This document shows positions 63,618 through 64,000 of a stretch of DNA of 64,000 nucleotides, piece after piece. The translations under genes were made by a program, and so were the position numbers. The DNA is taken from sequence record MZ311864.1, one strand, 5' to 3'. The DNA comes from Escherichia phage vB_EcoM_LNA4. Positions within the stretch are counted from its first letter, which is position 1, and every line of letters begins with the position of its first letter. The notes below the pieces were generated by a model, which was not told the DNA's origin, did no database searches, and was given only the letters and a program-made list of their open reading frames with translations.

Positions 63618-64000
63618 CATTGCTAATAGTTGCACTTGTAATCATTAGTTTCGTTGCGAAATCATCATGCAATCATCGTGCCAAGAACTCGATGGGGTCT
63701 CGTGGTCAGACCTCTCAGATATTTTGTAAAGATCCTTGACAACCCGGAGGGGCTGTGATTGTCCGTCTAACACATCAGACATAGAGACAACAGATATTTT
63801 CGTCCCCAAGAGATACAGACCAGGGGCCTCTTTTATTTCCCTCCGGGCGGGGGAGGGGGTGGGTTTTAGTTAGTGATGAGCCACTGACAAGGCGATATGC
63901 TTATGCTGTAAACATGTTGTGTGGTATGTGTTTATGGAATGGCGTTTTATAGACATGACAATTTGTTAATGAAATGTACACTATGGTAGGCAGGGGCGGT

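Noticed and set aside
1-64000. tRNA genes (expected in many large virulent phages)
   Set aside because: No conserved T-arm (GGTTCGAATCC-like) with matching acceptor stems was found; the GGTTCGA at about 56977 lacks flanking tRNA structure.

Overview
The window reads as a contiguous piece of a large virulent tailed-phage genome (myovirus-like, with baseplate and several tail-fibre genes); all calls are by eye from the sequence and ORF track, with no database searches run. It has three transcriptional blocks. (1) 1-11.2 kb, + strand: late structural genes (tailspike, baseplate J-like, four tail-fibre/adhesin genes, fibre chaperone), ending in a bidirectional terminator. (2) 11.2-45.0 kb, - strand: replication and host-takeover genes, including a T7-like family A DNA polymerase, primase-helicase, SSB, Dda-like helicase, an rIIA/rIIB-like pair, Rnl2-like RNA ligase, macro-domain protein, HD-domain hydrolase, a PnuC + NadR NAD+ salvage pair, a YgiB-like lipoprotein, a SleB-like wall hydrolase and three HNH endonucleases. 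(3) 45.1-62.3 kb, + strand: about 40 small early-type genes, most with their own sigma70-like promoter, a GC-rich hairpin and an AAAGGTAAA-type Shine-Dalgarno, flanked by repeat-rich non-coding regions at 51.56-52.78 kb and 62.3-64.0 kb. No tRNA, rRNA or CRISPR array was found. The most likely candidate for a previously undescribed system is a dispersed NAD+/ADP-ribose counter-defence toolkit (PnuC-NadR salvage, macro domain, possible Tad2-like and DUF4326-like proteins), alongside the promoter-hairpin early-gene array. The DNA polymerase exonuclease domain has no ATG/GTG/TTG start in frame.
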